64,000 bases of DNA, taken from Uloborus diversus. Lineage: Eukaryota. The stretch is taken from positions 29,492,384 to 29,556,383 of the forward strand of contig NC_072740.1 of the NCBI RefSeq assembly GCF_026930045.1, written 5' to 3'. Below the pieces are notes generated by a model. The model saw nothing but the letters and a program-made list of their open reading frames with translations. It did not search any database and was not told where the DNA came from. This document shows, one piece after another, positions 61,035-64,000 of the stretch. The first letter of the stretch is position 1. Each line of letters opens with the position of its first letter. The position numbers were made by a program, and so were the translations under genes.

Positions 61035-61289
61035 TAAGTCTTGTATTGCAAATTTTAAACTTGATGTGCTTGTGTTTTACTTAATGTGGATTTGTGTGAG
61101 TGATATTTTCGTGAAACTAGTCGTAAACAAATATTTGTATTACGATGATTTTATTACAGAATTCGCAGTTTTTTAATAGTATAAATAATGTAATATGTAA
61201 TGTGTAAATAATGTAGATTATTTTTTACTAAAAGAGCCAGTTATGTAGTGAAATTGAAATTGTCATAACCATCTCTCCTGTTAAAAGTT

Positions 61290-61640
61290 GTGTGCGTCTG
61301 TCGGGGAGACGCATCTTTTCGAACACGGGAGCAAGCTGAAATTCGATTTAGGAATTGAAAGATTCGTAATTTTTAGAGGAAACTCACGAGCCCTGTTTCC
61401 CCTTTGTACAACTTTAATTTGCGGAGACATTAATTAAAACGTTAATCCTTAGCAATTATTCCCTGCTTCCCAAATTTCAAATCTGCTACTGGCAGATTGC
61501 CAATAATCACTTTCTTTCAGCTTCCAGTGAAAGTTAATTTAGTTGACGCGGGGAAATAAGTCGGCCTTGGCCTGATTCGAGCGAAAGAGCATTAAATTAG
61601 ACACGTGCCGCAGCGATTATTAATGTACTGCTCATTAAAG
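61290..61640. promoter_or_regulatory. candidate conserved non-coding or cis-regulatory block, rich in TAAT/ATTA homeodomain-type cores and CpG
   Basis: ggagacattaattaaaacgttaatccttagcaattattccctg…tgccaataatcactttc…agttaatttagttgacgcgggg…gcattaaattagacacgtgccgcagcgattattaatgtactgctcattaaagg; non-repetitive within the window and compositionally distinct from the surrounding AT-rich DNA. Confidence 0.2.
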
Positions 61641-62134
61641 GACTCGTTTATTTCAAAAACCAGTCAAGCGACAAAATTGCTCATTTTATGAAAACATCTA
61701 TATTAGAATAACAAATTATTCAATGATAATTACAACATTGTTTATTGAAAGAAATACCCTAGTAGTACATGACGTACGACGATATCGTAAAAATTACCAA
61801 TGGCTATATCGCTGCGTTGTCGTGTCACGATATAAAACTGAATAATTCGACGGAGCGTGCGCTATTGTGCAATAACGTTACGCGTCATCTTAGCGATAAC
61901 GCAGACGTCATTGTGCAGTCATCGTTTTGCGCATAAATACAATATCTTCCTATATTGTTTACGCGTTATTGTATCGATAACGTCATGTGTCGGCAGTTTC
62001 GCGAACACATCCGCTACACAATATGTAAAAAATTGTTAAAGAAGCACCAAGAAGTGAAAGAATCGATCTCAGATGACGAGGGAATCTCTGCCAAATTTGC
62101 TCCCTTCAATAGAGGTCAGAAAAGCGCTTGATGT

Positions 62135-62445
62135 TGTAGAATGCACTTTAGAGCAAAGCGGAAAAAAGAATGTTGAAAGATACTAAGTATTTCGTAAATT
62201 TTCAAATGCTGCAGTGATAAAAGCAAAGAAATTAAAAATTTAGAGATAGCCAGTATAAATGATAAGAGAACCTGTTTTCTGTTTAGAAAAAGAGAAAGTA
62301 CAAGTAATTCTGGTAGGTACTGCGATACAGCATGATTTAGAAAAAAAATCAATGCACGCCTACCTAGGGTTTGAACTTACAATATGTTTTACTCAAAACT
62401 TTAAAATATCTTCTTACACCCCTTCGTTTCTCACAGCATCAAATG
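62135..62445. mobile_element. diverged second copy of the 36849-37102 MITE family
   Basis: 62225-62370 (aaaaatttagagatagccagtataaatgataag…ctggtaggtactgcgatacagcatgatttagaaaaaaaatcaatgcacgcctacctagggtttgaac) parallels 36890-37035 (aaaaatttggagataaccagtatacatagtagg…ctggtagttgctgctatacagcatgatttagaaaaaaattcaatcaaagcccacctaggatgttaac); the right end cccttcgtttctcacag resembles the TIR ccctttgcttctcactg. Confidence 0.6.
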
Positions 62446-64000
62446 ATATTGAACTTTTACTTTGCAATTCTGTTAATGAAACAAAAATAGCCAATATTTT
62501 AAAAACCTTGTGCAAATGAAAAAAATGTACCTCATGTTTAGTTGAAATGTCGATTGTATTTTGAAACACTTAAAACAAAAACTAATAAAGTAACTCATTT
62601 TGTTTTTAGAGTGTTTAAAATTCAAAACCTTTATTTTTGTTAAATATAGGTACGACGGTTTTTAAAACAGCCGCTTTATATAATCAAATAACCTTAGAAT
62701 GAATGTGATTTTAATGAACTTCGGGCACTGTGTACTCATAGCTTTTTGCTTCACTTATTAAGAAAATATTTAAAAGAAATGGGGCTTAGATAAAGGTTAA
62801 TAATTTTCCTGATGTGAACACTTTCTAAAAGGAAATTTGCTTCAAATATGAAGTATGTTTAAAAATTTATATCTTAGTTGCTTATTTATTTTTTTTTTTT
62901 TATTCTAGCTTCCCTCCTGATAGGTTAGATTCTGAGAAAGATGTGTATATATGTGGCGGTAGCAACCAATTAATCAAGTAATATTTTAAAACTTTTCTTT
63001 AAGAGTTCATCTCCTAATTTTTACTGTCATATCTATAATTTCATCTTAAAAGCCATTTTTTTCTAGCTATATATTTTAAATTTGGTACAATGGTTAATAA
63101 CCAAAAGGTGTGAGCTTTATGCTGCTGGTCACGAAAGTACCGAAAAATTTTTTAAAACTTTTAAAATGCTCCTGAAAGTAATGAAAAGACTGGAAATTAT
63201 TATCATGAACATTTCAGTCTTTGCAAACCTTTTTAATCACCTCGTATTTTTTTCACTAAATCTCAGCTAGCCCATGCCTGATCAAAGTACAGTAAATGCA
63301 ATAGTAACTCTCCTATTTAGTAACTGTGATTTTGAAATGCAGACTAATATTTGGTGGATTTAGAAGATCCTGAATATTTTGAAAGTCCGCATTTGCTACA
63401 AGTCAGTTTTTAAAACTGAAAATTTATTAATGAATAATTTTTTGTGTTGAGAGTTTTTGAACTTCTTATATAACCGTAAACAAGCATTTAATGAGGGGTA
63501 TTGCATTATTTTATATCCTTATAAGTTGAGGTGCATTTTACTTTTCTTTTCGTATTTCCAAAATCTGCTGAAAAACTTGGATATTAAGAAAACATAATTC
63601 AACCCATATACTTATAATTCTTGTAAAGTTACTTTAACCTGTTAACTGGGTGGTGACGAAATATTTCATCATAAAGGGTTACTACTGCAGTGGGCATGTG
63701 GAAATATTTTGTCACACAATAAAGCTTTATTTGTATAGTCTCCTTTTTTGAGTTGTGCAAAGGTTTATTTACTTGTTTGCAAGTTAGTGATACTTGAGAT
63801 TTTTCCTGTATACACTCTGATATTCCTAAGAAATCAGGAGTATTGAACTAAAAAAGTCAGGAAATAATAGTTCTGAAATTTTGTGGCCATCTTGCTTTAG
63901 TAAAATAATTTTATTTTAGATCAATTTGTGTGACATTTTAGTAAGTTTAGGGTCATTCCATGTCAAGATCCAAAACCTGATAAAAAATTTCCCTCACATT

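Overview
This window is AT-rich eukaryotic nuclear DNA, most likely from an arthropod-like invertebrate. It carries spliced genes, long introns, microsatellites and a dense layer of transposable elements. There are no prokaryotic operons, CRISPR arrays, rRNA or tRNA genes. Two protein-coding genes can be reconstructed by hand. (1) On the minus strand there is a chaoptin-like, all-LRR cell-surface protein of about 1230 aa in three exons, 29063..26472, 25349..24558 and 22237..21929. It has a signal peptide, an LRRNT, about 40 LRRs, an LRRCT (CDC...W..W) and a hydrophobic GPI-like C-terminal tail, with GTAAGT and GTAACT donors and polypyrimidine-AG acceptors. (2) On the plus strand there is a Ro60/TROVE-domain gene in about ten small exons between about 2.3 kb and 20.7 kb. 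Its exon translations align collinearly with human Ro60, including the vWA-like GKTLVICEISNSM region. The rest of the window is a transposon landscape. Two Tc1-like elements lie back to back, separated by a (TA)36 microsatellite. A Tc1 copy sits inside a ~160-bp satellite array, with an intact empty-site unit beside it. A Tc1/mariner-like non-autonomous element (46416-48521) has an internal ~150-bp tandem array that is itself interrupted by a 280-bp MITE with a TTAA duplication. A 5'-truncated Penelope-like retroelement (RT plus a degraded GIY-YIG endonuclease) sits behind a ~0.95-kb tandem duplication. There is also a hAT-like element with ~115-bp TIRs, several MITE families present in more than one copy, foldback structures, and a recurrent dispersed module carrying 10-16-nt poly-G/poly-C homopolymers. 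The most unusual observations are the nested, self-validating insertion sites and the homopolymer-bearing repeat family. Nothing resembling a defence or biosynthetic system was found.
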